DNA from: Escherichia phage CJY920
Length of the DNA: 64,000 nt
Direction: 5' to 3' (one strand)
Sequence record: PQ349265.1
Shown: positions 20,891 through 40,154 of the stretch, one piece after another
Layout of the letters: the number at the start of each line of letters is the position of its first letter
Numbering within the stretch: the stretch's first letter is position 1
The notes under the pieces: model-generated
Told to the model about the DNA's origin: nothing
Seen by the model: only the letters and a program-made list of their open reading frames with translations
The model's database searches: none
Program-made: the position numbers and the translations under genes

Positions 20891-22870
20891 TTAACCTGCA
20901 AGACCAGTTAACTCATCGAAATCTGCGCCAGTAGCAGTTGCGACGAAATTAAGTTGGATATAATTTATACTACGAGCCGGTTGGATGTAGAATGTTGCAA
21001 CAAACTCATTTCTATCAATTACTGACGGAGTGTTATTTGTTGTATCGCAAACTACACGATATTCATAAATTCCACCGAGAGCTTTAATTCCCTGTAAGTA
21101 TTGGGCAGTTTCTGTGCGGAATGATGAACGAGTAAACGCGTTGTTTAATTCGAATAAACGATATTTTGAACTACGTCCGATATTCGTTTTCAACATATTA
21201 AACAGACGACGAACGTTAATACGATCAAATGGAGAAGGAACAGAAGTAGCTGTTTTATCACCATACAATACGTAACCATCACCACCTGTACCGGTTACCG
21301 GGTTGATAGCTTCTTGATATAAACGGTCGCGCTGAGCCTGGCGAGTTTCAATAGCAAGTTTAATAACGTTAAGAATCTGGCCGCGATTATAACCAGCTGG
21401 AGACATCCAAGTCTGAGAAACGTTATCAGTTCTTGCGCATAAACCTGCAATATCAGCTGCTAATGGAACCCAGCGATTTACATCATTATATTTGTCATAC
21501 TGATATTTGTAGTTACCATCAATTGCTGCATAGGTTGAACTGATATTAAAGTTATTATCAGTGTATGAACCTGCTGCAGTTCTCCAATTGACTAAGTTAT
21601 CAACAGCACGAGTTACAGGAATTCCAACTACAGTTTCACGCGGTGGTGAGCACAATACTAAGCAATCTTGGCGAGCATCCCCAATTGAAACGACGTGTTT
21701 TTGGACAGTAGATGCTGTTTCTAAAGATTCACCGGCACAAGAACCCGCAATAAACAACTGAACGTCAACAGATTCACGGTCAGCAAAGAAGTCCCAGGCT
21801 TCCATCAAATCTCCTGCTGTTACTTCAGCATTTGATGATAATCCACCAGACAGAGTTAAAATTCCAGAGAAGCCTTCTGGCCAGTTTTGCGCAGTTGCAA
21901 AAATATATTCTGAACCACCTTTTGCGAAAAAGTCATCAATATAGATGTTGCTATCGTAAATATCTTTTTCACCACGCTTTGTTGAAAGAACAACGCTTTG
22001 AACAATAGCATCATTACGACGAACTATAATAGCGTATTGTGAATCAGTTTGTGGTCCATATCCAAACACTGCTTTGGCAGTAGATGCGCGTGTTCCGCCA
22101 CCTGGATAAATTGGGAGTAATGCAGAAGCTCCTTTTGCGTAGTCAGCTTTAGATACAATTTCGATTTCAATTTTATCGCCTAACTCGCCTGGATAAAGAG
22201 CTACTACTCCTGGAATTCCATATTTTTCGAGATTTGCTTGAAATTCAACCGCTGTCACAGCAGCTTCAGCATTTTCAATTTCAGCTAATAAAATACCGGA
22301 ATCAGTAATAATTTTTCCAAGAGTTATTACTGCAGCTAAACCAGAGGAAGACGAAGAAATTTCCGCGGTCCAGTTAGAACCTAATGCTGGATATTCACCG
22401 ACTTCTTTCGCTTTAGCGATAATTTTTGCGGTAGGAATATTAATTTTCTTAATTTTTCCATCAGCATCTACTTCGGTAATTTTACCCTCTGTTTCAACAT
22501 TTTCTGAAACATACTTAACCGTGATTTTATCTCCAACCGCGTAGTTACTACCTGGGGCTGAAATAGTGTATTCAATATTACCAGCAATCGGAGATGAGTT
22601 TTTAGCGGTATCTCTATCGACAGCACGCACAACTCGCAAATCATTTCCATATTGTAAGAAATTCATTGCAGACATAAAATAATCAGCAGTTTCAGCTGTA
22701 GGTTGACCAAAAGTATTAACTAAATCTACTTCATTTGTAACCTGTTTAATCTGAAAAGCAGGACCCCACTGGAATTTACCGGCCAAAGCTGCTGTACCAG
22801 TAGAGTTATTAACAACGGTGCTTTGAACCGTAGTTTCTTTGAGCTCAATGCCCGGAGATAATAAAGTCAT
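20891..22870 (-). CDS. 18: tail sheath protein gp18
   Basis: 659-aa ORF; T4 length and synteny. Confidence 0.95.
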   Translation of the reverse strand: MTLLSPGIELKETTVQSTVVNNSTGTAALAGKFQWGPAFQIKQVTNEVDLVNTFGQPTAETADYFMSAMNFLQYGNDLRVVRAVDRDTAKNSSPIAGNIEYTISAPGSNYAVGDKITVKYVSENVETEGKITEVDADGKIKKINIPTAKIIAKAKEVGEYPALGSNWTAEISSSSSGLAAVITLGKIITDSGILLAEIENAEAAVTAVEFQANLEKYGIPGVVALYPGELGDKIEIEIVSKADYAKGASALLPIYPGGGTRASTAKAVFGYGPQTDSQYAIIVRRNDAIVQSVVLSTKRGEKDIYDSNIYIDDFFAKGGSEYIFATAQNWPEGFSGILTLSGGLSSNAEVTAGDLMEAWDFFADRESVDVQLFIAGSCAGESLETASTVQKHVVSIGDARQDCLVLCSPPRETVVGIPVTRAVDNLVNWRTAAGSYTDNNFNISSTYAAIDGNYKYQYDKYNDVNRWVPLAADIAGLCARTDNVSQTWMSPAGYNRGQILNVIKLAIETRQAQRDRLYQEAINPVTGTGGDGYVLYGDKTATSVPSPFDRINVRRLFNMLKTNIGRSSKYRLFELNNAFTRSSFRTETAQYLQGIKALGGIYEYRVVCDTTNNTPSVIDRNEFVATFYIQPARSINYIQLNFVATATGADFDELTGLAG

Positions 22871-22898
22871 TTTTAATCCTCTTTAATATGCTTTAATA

Positions 22899-27059
<4,161 letters not shown>

Positions 27060-27100
27060 GATTTCTCCTAATCTGGGCTTTAATTAGTTTATAATATTTA

Positions 27101-29612
<2,512 letters not shown>

Positions 29613-29625
29613 TTAAAAATCCTTT

Positions 29626-29641
29626 GGGGCCTTGCGGCCCC
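29626..29641 (-). terminator. GC hairpin between wac and gene 13
   Basis: ggggccttgcggcccc. Confidence 0.4.
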
Positions 29642-29644
29642 ATG

Positions 29645-31102
29645 TTATGCTGGTGATAAAAAGGTAGAAAGTAGTACCCATTCGCCGTCTTTACGAACGT
29701 AAGCTTGGCCATCTTTTGGAGCTTCAGGGATATAACCTGCTTCCTGTAAAGTCTGAACATCCCCCTGTAATGAAGATACATTACTTTTAATACTACGCAT
29801 TTCTTGATTAATAGAAGAAATGTTAGTTTCATTAGCTTTTATTGAATTAGTTAATCCGCGCTCTTCTACCGTTGAACCATTTGGATTTGTGCCGCTTACT
29901 AGTTTATTTAGTGCAACAACTTGGCCTTTAATTCCAGTAGTGTTATTACCAATTTCAACTTGTAAGTTTTGAACATCATTGTTCAGTCTATTAACTGAAG
30001 TTTCAACAGTTGAAACCCTATTTAAAAGAGACCCAGGAGGAGAAGGCTGACCTCCACTAGAATCAGTTCCAACGATTTGGTTTAGCCATGAAACGTTTGC
30101 TCGTAGTCCAGATGAAGTGTTTTCACCAACAATTCCATTTAAAAACTCAATTGATGTTGTATTATCTTTAATTCTACCTTTAATACTAGAAGGAATATCA
30201 TCTGAGCCAATTGACGTTTCAATGACAGTCAATCGTTGTTTAATACCTCCGCTTTTATTTAGTTCATCATTTAAAGCTGAAACTTCTCGTGTATTAGTGT
30301 TAACATCTGTGATTATTGAAGTATTTCCTGGATATCCAATAGAAGTTTTGATAGATTTAATTTCGGAATTAAGATTAATCTGCGATTGATCTAAATTATG
30401 AACACGTGAATATATGCTTTCACTGAATGAAGATGGTCTTTGTCCAAGTTCTTGTCTAAGATTTCCGACTTCAATTGTCAGTGAACCTACATCAGATTCA
30501 ATAAATTTTTCTTCCAAATCACTTAGACGTATTCCTTGGGAAGTTATAGCATCTGTATTATTAATGATGCGGTGCTTCATCCCCGTGCTGCTATTTCCTA
30601 CAACAGGAAGACCATTAATGTCTTGTCCAGCATATTGTCCTAATTCCCTTTTAATCCATAACAAATCATTTCTAATCGTTCTATAAACTGAATTTGCTTG
30701 CGAATTGAATGGACCAATATCAGAAAGAATATTATCAACCGTAGTATTTGTGCCATTTAATATATCAGTATGTTCATTCGTGAGTGTCTTTAAATTTGAT
30801 ATATCATTTTTATTAACACTGATCTGTGATAGCGCTTCTATATCTCCTGATACATCTAAAATGCCTTGAATGGTTTTAATATCTTCCTGAGATGTTTCAA
30901 TGGCAGTTTTAAGAATTCCTACATTTTCATCGAGAACCTCGACATTTTTAAACACGGAAACAGTTGGTCTATTCATTGACCCATCGCTTCCATACTTAGT
31001 ACTAGCTCCTAGTATTTCTTCACCGTTTTTAATCCATGAAATACGTTCCTGGCCTTCGCCAGGAACGCTATCAACAAAAGGTAACTCTTTTAATTCAATC
31101 AT
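29645..31102 (-). CDS. wac: fibritin (whisker antigen control, Wac) with C-terminal foldon
   Basis: 485-aa coiled-coil ORF ending [27 protein letters not shown] (foldon trimerisation domain). Confidence 0.9.
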   Translation of the reverse strand: MIELKELPFVDSVPGEGQERISWIKNGEEILGASTKYGSDGSMNRPTVSVFKNVEVLDENVGILKTAIETSQEDIKTIQGILDVSGDIEALSQISVNKNDISNLKTLTNEHTDILNGTNTTVDNILSDIGPFNSQANSVYRTIRNDLLWIKRELGQYAGQDINGLPVVGNSSTGMKHRIINNTDAITSQGIRLSDLEEKFIESDVGSLTIEVGNLRQELGQRPSSFSESIYSRVHNLDQSQINLNSEIKSIKTSIGYPGNTSIITDVNTNTREVSALNDELNKSGGIKQRLTVIETSIGSDDIPSSIKGRIKDNTTSIEFLNGIVGENTSSGLRANVSWLNQIVGTDSSGGQPSPPGSLLNRVSTVETSVNRLNNDVQNLQVEIGNNTTGIKGQVVALNKLVSGTNPNGSTVEERGLTNSIKANETNISSINQEMRSIKSNVSSLQGDVQTLQEAGYIPEAPKDGQAYVRKDGEWVLLSTFLSPA

Positions 31103-31111
31103 TTGTAATCC

Positions 31112-32668
31112 TTAGTAATGAATTTTAATAATATAGTTTAATGATATATTCCATGGTCTAGTTTCATAACCAATTAATCCTTCACGGTTTAACGTGCCAA
31201 ACGAGTCACGAGCACCACCCATTTCAAATCCGTCGTTAGTAAAGAACAAATGGTTGTCCCAGTCGGCGCTTCTACCATTGCCTAAATATCCACTGCCATT
31301 AGATGCGCCAAACGGTGCATAACCTCTGTTATTTCCATTTTCCCCCCAGGCACCAACATGTTTATGGTATGACATTTGTTGTGCCTGAACACCACCAACA
31401 TGCATTCCGTCACATCCTACACCAAGTCTATCCTTCCCGTAACCATCTTGTCCTCGTTGATTTAAAATATGACCTCCTGTGCCAGCTCCTCTGACGAAAA
31501 GACCTCGCATATCAGGAATGCCAGGGTTATTCCAATCACCACCAAATCTTGTTCCAACTGTGTTTCTATAATCAGGATATTGATCTCCTGACACGGTTCC
31601 GCCGTGGCACATAATCCAACCCGGAGGTGCTGAATCACCCGCAAACATCATAATAGTTCCAACTGGAACCCTTTCGGACGCATATCTTTCAGTGGCAACA
31701 GGTTGATCGCCATTTTTCCACATACCGCCGCGTGACCAAATTCCATTTGCTGTAAGATGGTCTAAATTTAAAGAACCATTAATAGTTTGTCCACCACGAG
31801 TATTAATTACATCTGCGTTCCATGCTAATGCTCCAGAGCTATCACCTTCAGGGGCAATACCGGCTTGCGTCGTTAATTTAACTACTCCACGCATAGAACC
31901 AGTAGCTCCTCGACCATTTAGTGTTTCGCCCGTTACTGCAACATCTCCCAAATTACTGTTAATTTCCGATTGTGTTCCTAAACGTATAACACCCTTATAT
32001 TCTTGTGTTGCAACAGAATTCATAAAGGTATACGGAGAAATTGCATATCCTTCGCGGAGAGTTCCTTGACGAGTTTGCGCAACAGTAGATAATTGAACTA
32101 CACCTCTCACAGATTCTGATGCAGTATCTTCGGAAGGAGCTATTTGTGAAATTAATTTTATTGCAAGTTTTTGTGTTTTTAATGGAGTCATTGCCGTAGT
32201 ATCATCAACGCCAGCTAAAGCTGCAGGTGTAGATGATATTTTAATAACCCCGTTTGATGACTCAGACGAATATCTATTTTGGAACACATCGTCAGTGTGG
32301 TATTTCAGTTTTTGCGGCGTTATTGATGAATTATTATCTGAGCCTTCTAATGTTTCTTCATTTGTTGAATAACGCGTTAAACCATATTTAGTTTCAGTAG
32401 CATTTGGATATAGTAATCTTGTTGCTAATGTAGCTGGCGTAACGATTTTAGAATTATTAGTTCCATCTAAAACTTCTTGCTCTGACGCAATCATTGCTAT
32501 TCCTTTAACTTCCATAGTTGCATCAGGAATACCATTTACGCCGATATTACTTATTTTTGATAATGCAGACTGCACTGTCGTGACAGTGTCAGGAAAATTC
32601 GATCCTACTGGATCGAATTTAACATATTTTGATTCATTTGATACGTGCTGATATGTATTGTTACTCAT
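31112..32668 (-). CDS. 12: short tail fibre protein gp12
   Basis: 518-aa ORF; T4 synteny. Confidence 0.9.
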   Translation of the reverse strand: MSNNTYQHVSNESKYVKFDPVGSNFPDTVTTVQSALSKISNIGVNGIPDATMEVKGIAMIASEQEVLDGTNNSKIVTPATLATRLLYPNATETKYGLTRYSTNEETLEGSDNNSSITPQKLKYHTDDVFQNRYSSESSNGVIKISSTPAALAGVDDTTAMTPLKTQKLAIKLISQIAPSEDTASESVRGVVQLSTVAQTRQGTLREGYAISPYTFMNSVATQEYKGVIRLGTQSEINSNLGDVAVTGETLNGRGATGSMRGVVKLTTQAGIAPEGDSSGALAWNADVINTRGGQTINGSLNLDHLTANGIWSRGGMWKNGDQPVATERYASERVPVGTIMMFAGDSAPPGWIMCHGGTVSGDQYPDYRNTVGTRFGGDWNNPGIPDMRGLFVRGAGTGGHILNQRGQDGYGKDRLGVGCDGMHVGGVQAQQMSYHKHVGAWGENGNNRGYAPFGASNGSGYLGNGRSADWDNHLFFTNDGFEMGGARDSFGTLNREGLIGYETRPWNISLNYIIKIHY

Positions 32669-33324
32669 GCTATTCTCTCAAAATAATAAAATACCGTAGG
32701 TTGTGTGTGACTATCTAGCGTGACAGTTTGCGCACCTAATAATTGCCAAGTTCCGTATCCAGGTTTAGAAGGAGAAATTATTTCTTGTTTGAAAGTAATT
32801 CCTTTATCAGAGTATTGTTCTAAGATATGTTCTTGGTTATCTAAATACTTAACTTGTATTTTATTTCCTATGGTAGGATGGTCTTCAAATGAATCAATTG
32901 CAATAAATTTTGCAACCATTTCCTGCAGAGCTGTTCTAACGGCACTGGTAAATTCGATTGAAGTCATTCCGTTAGTAGCTTTAACAGGAATGCCAAACAT
33001 GTTAACAATAACTGGGTCACCTGGTTTGGCTGAAGTATCATTGACAGTTCCTTCAAATGACCAATAGTCTGTTTGCTGCACGCCAGTAGGAGATACACCG
33101 CTTATATTAACTAATACAGCTCCAACTTGTTGCTCTGCCATATTTCTAACATCATTGATAGCAGATTCTACATTTGGGTCATAAAAACCTTTTGCTATTT
33201 GTGAAATTGTTACAGCACCTACTGGCTGATTATTCATAACCGAAATATCATTTTTCTTAGTTCTAAAACCAAGAAAATCTGCTAAGCGGGAAATAACTCC
33301 CGCTTTATTATTAAGTAAACTCAT
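32665..33324 (-). CDS. 11: baseplate wedge / short-tail-fibre attachment protein gp11
   Basis: Track ORF starts at TTG 33342; ATG 33324 gives 219 aa (MSLLNNKAG...), the T4 length; TAATG overlap with the gene 10 stop. Confidence 0.9.
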   Translation of the reverse strand: MSLLNNKAGVISRLADFLGFRTKKNDISVMNNQPVGAVTISQIAKGFYDPNVESAINDVRNMAEQQVGAVLVNISGVSPTGVQQTDYWSFEGTVNDTSAKPGDPVIVNMFGIPVKATNGMTSIEFTSAVRTALQEMVAKFIAIDSFEDHPTIGNKIQVKYLDNQEHILEQYSDKGITFKQEIISPSKPGYGTWQLLGAQTVTLDSHTQPTVFYYFERIA

Positions 33325-35129
33325 TATGCAATCCTTATCCAACGGTATACAGTAATAGACGGTTGAATATTACTAATATTAGCAGGAGGAGTATGTGAAG
33401 AGTTTGTTGTTGCGTAGTCTTCACGGTATTTTGTATATATAGGACCAGTTTCATCTGGGTCATATTGGCAACCTCCAATAATAACTGATCCGTTTTCGTC
33501 TTCAATTAAAACTCTTTCATCGGTTTTAGTCGCAGGAAGATTTGCATTCTCAAGTGTTACTGATGTTGTTCCAACTGTTCCACCGGCAGTATGTGAAGGA
33601 TTTCCGCTAAAATCTAAATCATTATTGTTTAAAGCAAAGTTTGGATCCGTAACATCATCATTCCATCCTACTAAAACTTGTCCTTTACCAAATAATTTCC
33701 ATGAACCAAACCCCATATAAGTCACCGGATTATTTGGGTTTATAGCATTTTCATAAATTGAACCAACAGGATAAATGCTGTCGAAAATAGATGATATTGA
33801 ATTATACATTCTAGTATAAGAATCAACTTTTTCAACATTTGGCCAACCGATTTTATCAAAATCTGTTAAGGCTACATCACCAGTAACTTCGGTAGATGAT
33901 CCTTTGCTAACATAACGGTCATCCGTTAATTCAATAATGTCATCTTTTTCTAAAAGAGTTCCTAAATCATTATTGAACCACGTTATAACGATTATATCAC
34001 CTGATTCAAATTTTCTATCAAATAAAAGACTGGTAGGTTTTCCATCTTCATATTCTATAGAATAATCTGTGTTTGATTCTTTCCATTCGCCACCAAGAGA
34101 TATACAACCTTCTCGCGTATCTGAACTAGCGCCTTCACACAAAAACAGAGGATATCCAGCGGTTCCAGCCTGCTGCTGTAAAATTCCATTAAAACGAACC
34201 TCAAGAGAATTAGGATTAATGGGTTCACCAGGAATTAATCCAAATGCAGAAAATGGAATTGATTTCATCGCCGATAAATCAGTAACATAAATGCTTCCTT
34301 CTAAAGAAGTCTTTGATGTTAGTTTTGAATCTAGTACTTTTATTTGGCGTCTTGTATATGAACTTCTCCATTGTGATACACCATCCATAAATGTTTCAAT
34401 TTGAACGGTGTCACCAATATTACAAGGCTGTCTTAATCGAATATTAAATCCATCAAGAGGAACTAATTCGCCTTCATTTTCGCCCGGAGAGCCAAAGTCA
34501 CTATTTTCGCTAAATACATCACCGTAATACAATTCGTTACCACGATGTTTTACTCTGATGTTATTGACATTATAACTAGTTCCATTGAAAACATCTAAAA
34601 AGTCTGTTTGCCCTTGAACTTCGACTAAAAATTCTTTGCGAGCTACATTACTAATATCTGAACTAATAATTTTGTCAATTTGTTTATTTTTGACATATTC
34701 CCAACGTCCTGGAGCGCAATAAACGAGCTCTAAATCACTAAATTGAATATTAATTTCAACTGACGATGACGACCCTTTAATTGTATCTCCGGAAGCAGCT
34801 ACTAAAGTAACTGGATTGATGTTCCATGTAGCGAATACGTCTCTAGCTCTAATTACCTTGTTGTAATCATTAACAGTTCCTTTAGGAAGTTGTAGAGTTA
34901 CTCTTCCAGAAGAGGTATTAATAGCGTATGATTTTCCCCATTCTGCCGTTAGTGTTTGTCCAGATGAAGCATCATAAGTTTTCCAGGCACCGGCTGAATA
35001 TGGAACATCTCCATCACCAAGTTCATAATAAAGTTCATCAAAGTTTTCATTTATTTTTATACCACCTTTACGCAGGTAGTCACCGGTACCATCATCAACA
35101 ACATTACCGATATTAATATTTTGTTTCAT
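33324..35129 (-). CDS. 10: baseplate wedge subunit and tail pin gp10
   Basis: 601-aa ORF; T4 synteny. Confidence 0.9.
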   Translation of the reverse strand: MKQNINIGNVVDDGTGDYLRKGGIKINENFDELYYELGDGDVPYSAGAWKTYDASSGQTLTAEWGKSYAINTSSGRVTLQLPKGTVNDYNKVIRARDVFATWNINPVTLVAASGDTIKGSSSSVEINIQFSDLELVYCAPGRWEYVKNKQIDKIISSDISNVARKEFLVEVQGQTDFLDVFNGTSYNVNNIRVKHRGNELYYGDVFSENSDFGSPGENEGELVPLDGFNIRLRQPCNIGDTVQIETFMDGVSQWRSSYTRRQIKVLDSKLTSKTSLEGSIYVTDLSAMKSIPFSAFGLIPGEPINPNSLEVRFNGILQQQAGTAGYPLFLCEGASSDTREGCISLGGEWKESNTDYSIEYEDGKPTSLLFDRKFESGDIIVITWFNNDLGTLLEKDDIIELTDDRYVSKGSSTEVTGDVALTDFDKIGWPNVEKVDSYTRMYNSISSIFDSIYPVGSIYENAINPNNPVTYMGFGSWKLFGKGQVLVGWNDDVTDPNFALNNNDLDFSGNPSHTAGGTVGTTSVTLENANLPATKTDERVLIEDENGSVIIGGCQYDPDETGPIYTKYREDYATTNSSHTPPANISNIQPSITVYRWIRIA

Positions 35130-35995
35130 TATTGAGCCACCCCGATTTTCTGCGTAGCGATAACTTTAACTGCTGCTCTCATACCGACAGTTGAAGAACT
35201 TATAGTCGCCGTTACATAATTTTCTTTAATACTAAATGCAATATTAGCGATTTCGTCTTCTTCGGTTTCATTCCCAACCCGCATGACAGCATATTCAGAA
35301 GAAATGACCGTTGAATTAACAGTATCTACAAGAATATTTATTTCTGCTGTTTTAATTTTTCTTCCATCTACCGATTGGCAAGTAACTAACAATTTAGCCA
35401 TGTTATATTCAGTACGATGAAATAATGGAATGTCAACTGATCCGGATGTAGAAATATTCCATGTACCTTCAGCCGGTGATTCCTTTTGGCCAAACATACT
35501 TTCAATAGAATAATTCCAAACTGACGTAGAATTATCAGATGAAATACAACGTAAAGTAACTTTACTATATGGGCTAGTTACTACCAAATTACCTGAAACA
35601 CCTTTAATTGAATCAATCGCTTGAATCGTTAAAGGATTGGTAACTGATATAGATCCATTTGAGTTAATAAATTCAACGCAATCACCAAGTTCGCCTCTTT
35701 CAATGATAACTTTAACACCTACAGCAGAGGTATCAATATCATGTCTAGTACCAACTTTCACCGGAGTTGCGTACTCTGTGATAGAATGCTTTTGATAATA
35801 TCCAGTAGCATGGATAATTTGGCCGTCAGCACCAGTACCATTTGCTACTGCCATTTTACGCTGATCGCCAAACGCGTTATAAATTGCATTAAAATCACTA
35901 TTAATTTTATTACCACCGTCGAATAAGATATCACCAGTAGAAGCGTTACCAATTTCGCCGGTATCAATCAATTTCTTTGGTTCTTGAATGAACAT
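35129..35995 (-). CDS. 9: baseplate wedge / long-tail-fibre socket protein gp9
   Basis: 288-aa ORF; T4 length and synteny. Confidence 0.9.
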   Translation of the reverse strand: MFIQEPKKLIDTGEIGNASTGDILFDGGNKINSDFNAIYNAFGDQRKMAVANGTGADGQIIHATGYYQKHSITEYATPVKVGTRHDIDTSAVGVKVIIERGELGDCVEFINSNGSISVTNPLTIQAIDSIKGVSGNLVVTSPYSKVTLRCISSDNSTSVWNYSIESMFGQKESPAEGTWNISTSGSVDIPLFHRTEYNMAKLLVTCQSVDGRKIKTAEINILVDTVNSTVISSEYAVMRVGNETEEDEIANIAFSIKENYVTATISSSTVGMRAAVKVIATQKIGVAQ

Positions 35996-36019
35996 AGCGG
36001 TTTCCTTATGAGTTTATAG

Positions 36020-36053
36020 TATTTATAAAGAAAAAGGGAGCCCATGGGCTCCC
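36020..36053 (-). promoter_or_regulatory. gene 8 terminator hairpin followed by late promoter TATAAATA for gene 9
   Basis: gggagcccatgggctccc (36036-36053) then a T-run on the minus strand; tatttata at 36020-36027, 25 nt upstream of the gene 9 ATG. Confidence 0.5.
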
Positions 36054-36058
36054 TTAAT

Positions 36059-37063
36059 TTAAAATGTAAACAGAATATTGATTTCTTCCGTTTGATCCAT
36101 TGCCATAATAATAGGTGGCCTATTTTCCATATAAATCATTTCGCCCGAATGCCTCATTAAATCTTCCGGATCATAGTAATCCTTTTCAGCTTTAACGTTT
36201 GGGTCATTTGGATGAACTTTAGCTTCAAGAGGATTCGTGATTATCGATATTTGTCTAAATCCTTTATTTCCTGGCAATGCAGCTTCAGGAAAATAAACTG
36301 AATCTAAGTATGCTTTAAAACGAATAGTATTTGCCTTAACCCGGTAAATTAATCCAAAATCATCTTGCTGCCAAGTGAGGTTATCTTCATACCCCCATCT
36401 AGTCGGATCTTCTTTTAATTCCTCAGGCCAAGGAACCACGATATATTCATTCGTGCATCTGTTTATAGATACATCAGGCGGAATCTCAAAAAGATATTCC
36501 CATACATACCCGTCTCCAGGTTCGATTGTTCCTTCCGCGTCTCCTCGACCTTCAGGAGGAGTCATTGACCTAACAGAAGGAGTCCATTTTCCACCTAACT
36601 TAAGGCATTCATCCTTATTAGTTAAAGACTCAATTGAACACATTCCGGTATCAGGAACATCTAAACAACGATATACTAACCAGCCTGCGCCTGATTCGGT
36701 AGCGTTGTAAGGAGCTGAGTTACACACTACAATATCGTTAATTCTAAATGTGTATGGATCCGGATATCTAGTATCTCCCCAATCACGACGAGGAATAACT
36801 GCATCAAGCATAGATGGAAGAACCTTCACGGTTCCCATCATATGAGTCCACATGTCAGTTACACCTAACACAGAATCAGTGGGATAAGGTGGGGCAAATC
36901 CCACCTCATTTTCGTTTGATGACCACGGTTCTGATCTTCCAAATGTAATAAAGATAGTGTTTTTATCCGGACCACTTCCAATTGAATTATAAAAATTCAA
37001 CATTTTTTCTGTTCTAAATTTTGAAGTAACTATCGCACGATAGATAACACTTGAATCATTCAT
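36059..37063 (-). CDS. 8: baseplate wedge subunit gp8
   Basis: 334-aa ORF; T4 length and synteny. Confidence 0.9.
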   Translation of the reverse strand: MNDSSVIYRAIVTSKFRTEKMLNFYNSIGSGPDKNTIFITFGRSEPWSSNENEVGFAPPYPTDSVLGVTDMWTHMMGTVKVLPSMLDAVIPRRDWGDTRYPDPYTFRINDIVVCNSAPYNATESGAGWLVYRCLDVPDTGMCSIESLTNKDECLKLGGKWTPSVRSMTPPEGRGDAEGTIEPGDGYVWEYLFEIPPDVSINRCTNEYIVVPWPEELKEDPTRWGYEDNLTWQQDDFGLIYRVKANTIRFKAYLDSVYFPEAALPGNKGFRQISIITNPLEAKVHPNDPNVKAEKDYYDPEDLMRHSGEMIYMENRPPIIMAMDQTEEINILFTF

Positions 37064-40000
37064 CTATTTTAACCTGTGTTGGATTTTCAGGGTCTCTTGG
37101 ATTTCCTATATTATCTTTTAGACGTTTATTAACTAAATCCCTAAATTGTGCAAATGTTGTTCCAGATGCATCAAATAGAGGACTCATTAATTTACGTCGT
37201 TCAGAAGGCAATTGACCTTGAAATATTGAATTATTATTTTCAGCATTATAGTCATCAGGAAGAGGATATTCTACGCCAGCCATTGGGCCAGGTTCATAAA
37301 TTGCTTCGCCTGTTACTGAATCATGCTCAATTTCACCGGTTGGAGTCAATTTAGCTACTCTATCAGCGTATTCAGTAGGCAATCCAGAATCCCATTTATA
37401 GTTTTTGTATTTATTAATTATAGTCTCTGTATGTTTAAGAGTTAAACCAACATTAATAAACATTGTTAAAAGAGTAATTGCTATAAATCCAAATCCTACT
37501 GGATGAACAAAACGAATAACGTCAGATTTCCAGCGGGAAGAAGGTAAATTGGATTTAATTTTCATTACATAATATGATCGACTTCTATTAATATAGTCTA
37601 TATTATTTTGAAGCAAATCTTTTCCTTTAACCCCACGAATAATTTCGCCTTCAAAACTAGGGAGTCTTTCTGCTTTAACTTCTTGACCGGCAATCAATCT
37701 TCCCAAAAGATTATGAATAGTTACGGTCCACTGCAATTTACCATTAGAATAGCTTCTTTCTATATAAGTAACATTACATCTTCCTGTAGCTGTATAAATC
37801 GTTTGTCCTACTAAGTCTTCAGTCAAAGAATCAGATTGAATGATTATATCATATTCAGTACCAGCCCCAGATTCAATTTCAATTTCAACTTCTTCATTAT
37901 AAAGAACTTTAAAAAGAAATTTGTATGATGCTTCAATTCCTTTAGTAGAATAAAAATCATAGCTGCGTGATTCGAAAAATCTTGCAACAGCATCGCGTTT
38001 GTCAGCATTCAAATAAATGTTTCTTTTATATATCTCTGACCACAAATATTCCCATGCATGCTCTTCTCGTGGATATTTGTTACGAATTAAATTTCGTAAA
38101 TTGTTATACTGAGTTCCATATCCATCAGAAAGATACTGAATATATGCTTCGCAAAATGCCTCAAAATTCGAATCCTGTAACAAATAAGAATCAGGCATCA
38201 TTGTGCCAATCAATGGTCTTAAATCAGGGTCAGCTAATCCACGCTCTTCTTCAGGCGACCAAGGAGTTTCATGCTCTTGGTTTTGTAAAAATGCTTTTAA
38301 AAATACTTCAGTTGGCTTCCAAATAATTTCTACAGCGTCTCTAACACGATAGTTAAAATCATAATAAGAAATTATTTCACCGGAGGCTTTATAGAAAAGC
38401 ATCCCAGATGCATATTTTTTAAATCCAGTGAATTTAACATTTGGCATTACTATAGTACAATCGCCATCATCCCAGTATTCATGAACTAATCTATCTGGTG
38501 ATGTTTCAGGAATGTTTTCTATAACTTTAGTATATTTTAAATCAGCATAAACTACTACAACCCTATCAGAGTTGTTTATCCAACAACGTGTGTTAGATTT
38601 TTTAGACCAGTTAAAGAATGGTTCAGCGTAGTATTTCATCGGCTGAGGAGTAAAAGTTTCCCAATCAGACTTTTCATCTGCTATAAATGCCATCATATGA
38701 TAATGCTTATCAGCTAACCATTCACGAGGAAATTCATATTTAACAGCACCGATTAACTGATATTTTGCTGCAGTTTCAGGGTCATTAACAACATTATCAC
38801 TTAAAAATTTAAAATTACTCGATGATAGAGAAACTAATTTACCATCAGTTGACATATTCGCATATCCAGGTTGAATACGTCTTCTTTCTTCTTCAGTGTT
38901 GCCAAAAACTCTTTTCCATGTTTTTGTGTCATGATTTAAAACATATATTCCTTTATCAACAGAATCAATTATTTTTGATGTTCTAGGATTAGCATTTAAT
39001 GTTTCAACTTCACCAATAATAAGAGCAAAAACTTTATCACCGACAGAATCCATTTTATAGCATACTGCTTTAGGATTTCCGGTTATAGTCATAGTATCAG
39101 GTTCAAAAAGCCTTTCCGAATATGTCGGAGATAATGGATCAGAATCTATAGGTGCATTACTCGTTTTTATGTATCTAACTTTGTCTCTGGCGACAACGTA
39201 AATGTAATCATCGGTGCAAGTAATAGCTTCTGCAATGCGATATACATTCGCTGGCAAAGTTGCGTAAGTGGCAAAAATTTCTACATCAAATCCTAAATGT
39301 AATTGGTCGCCAAGTTTAGCGAATGTTATATCCTGAGAACTAAATCTGACATCATCAGCTGACCATCTAACATCAGTAGATTTGCGGCCGTAGAAAATCT
39401 TGTCGTATCCTAGAACGTATGTTGTGTTCGCAGATTGGTAATATACAGTCTTAGATAAAGGATATCCTACACGGTCATTGAAGAGCTTTACAGCTTTCCA
39501 GGTTTGACCTTTATCATTGGATACTTTAACTACAGGTTGATAACGCTCAAAAAGATATAGAATCCCTTCTGATTCCATCAAATAAACTCGATTAATATCC
39601 TTACATACTTGCTGAATAGAACCTTGTATTTCATGATACTCATTTTCACCAATAATAAAATTGCTTATTGATGAAACGTCAACATATGACGGGCTGAATT
39701 GAAATGATTCATTCATCAATGCAGCCATTATAGTGTCATTATTAAAATTAACATAATCAGAATTATTAAGAGTAAATTTTTCCTGAATGAATTTATTAGC
39801 TAATTGCATTTCAATCATGTTTTGAAATGTATAAGCGTTTGTAGCAAAAGTTTCAAACTCTTCGGTATAAATCCAATCAGACTGCTCAAAATCCTGTGCA
39901 GCTGTAGCTACTCTAATAATGTACGATGTCAATGGATTAGCATTATCAAAAAAGAAGCTGTTATTTGCAGTATATCCTAAGTTAATCCATCGGTATTGAT

Positions 40001-40154
40001 TGCTCGGGAGATTTTCCCCCGAGTTTGTTTTTGTCTCAGCGATTTCTACAAAATAGTAGAAATTAGCACCAACGTCATCCCAGCGTACTTGCACCTGATT
40101 TGCGGATAACTTGGAAATTCTGAGACTAGTGACTGAAGGTGCTTTTACTGTCAT
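37056..40154 (-). CDS. 7: baseplate wedge initiator gp7
   Basis: 1032-aa ORF; T4 length and synteny. Confidence 0.9.
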   Translation of the reverse strand: MTVKAPSVTSLRISKLSANQVQVRWDDVGANFYYFVEIAETKTNSGENLPSNQYRWINLGYTANNSFFFDNANPLTSYIIRVATAAQDFEQSDWIYTEEFETFATNAYTFQNMIEMQLANKFIQEKFTLNNSDYVNFNNDTIMAALMNESFQFSPSYVDVSSISNFIIGENEYHEIQGSIQQVCKDINRVYLMESEGILYLFERYQPVVKVSNDKGQTWKAVKLFNDRVGYPLSKTVYYQSANTTYVLGYDKIFYGRKSTDVRWSADDVRFSSQDITFAKLGDQLHLGFDVEIFATYATLPANVYRIAEAITCTDDYIYVVARDKVRYIKTSNAPIDSDPLSPTYSERLFEPDTMTITGNPKAVCYKMDSVGDKVFALIIGEVETLNANPRTSKIIDSVDKGIYVLNHDTKTWKRVFGNTEEERRRIQPGYANMSTDGKLVSLSSSNFKFLSDNVVNDPETAAKYQLIGAVKYEFPREWLADKHYHMMAFIADEKSDWETFTPQPMKYYAEPFFNWSKKSNTRCWINNSDRVVVVYADLKYTKVIENIPETSPDRLVHEYWDDGDCTIVMPNVKFTGFKKYASGMLFYKASGEIISYYDFNYRVRDAVEIIWKPTEVFLKAFLQNQEHETPWSPEEERGLADPDLRPLIGTMMPDSYLLQDSNFEAFCEAYIQYLSDGYGTQYNNLRNLIRNKYPREEHAWEYLWSEIYKRNIYLNADKRDAVARFFESRSYDFYSTKGIEASYKFLFKVLYNEEVEIEIESGAGTEYDIIIQSDSLTEDLVGQTIYTATGRCNVTYIERSYSNGKLQWTVTIHNLLGRLIAGQEVKAERLPSFEGEIIRGVKGKDLLQNNIDYINRSRSYYVMKIKSNLPSSRWKSDVIRFVHPVGFGFIAITLLTMFINVGLTLKHTETIINKYKNYKWDSGLPTEYADRVAKLTPTGEIEHDSVTGEAIYEPGPMAGVEYPLPDDYNAENNNSIFQGQLPSERRKLMSPLFDASGTTFAQFRDLVNKRLKDNIGNPRDPENPTQVKIDE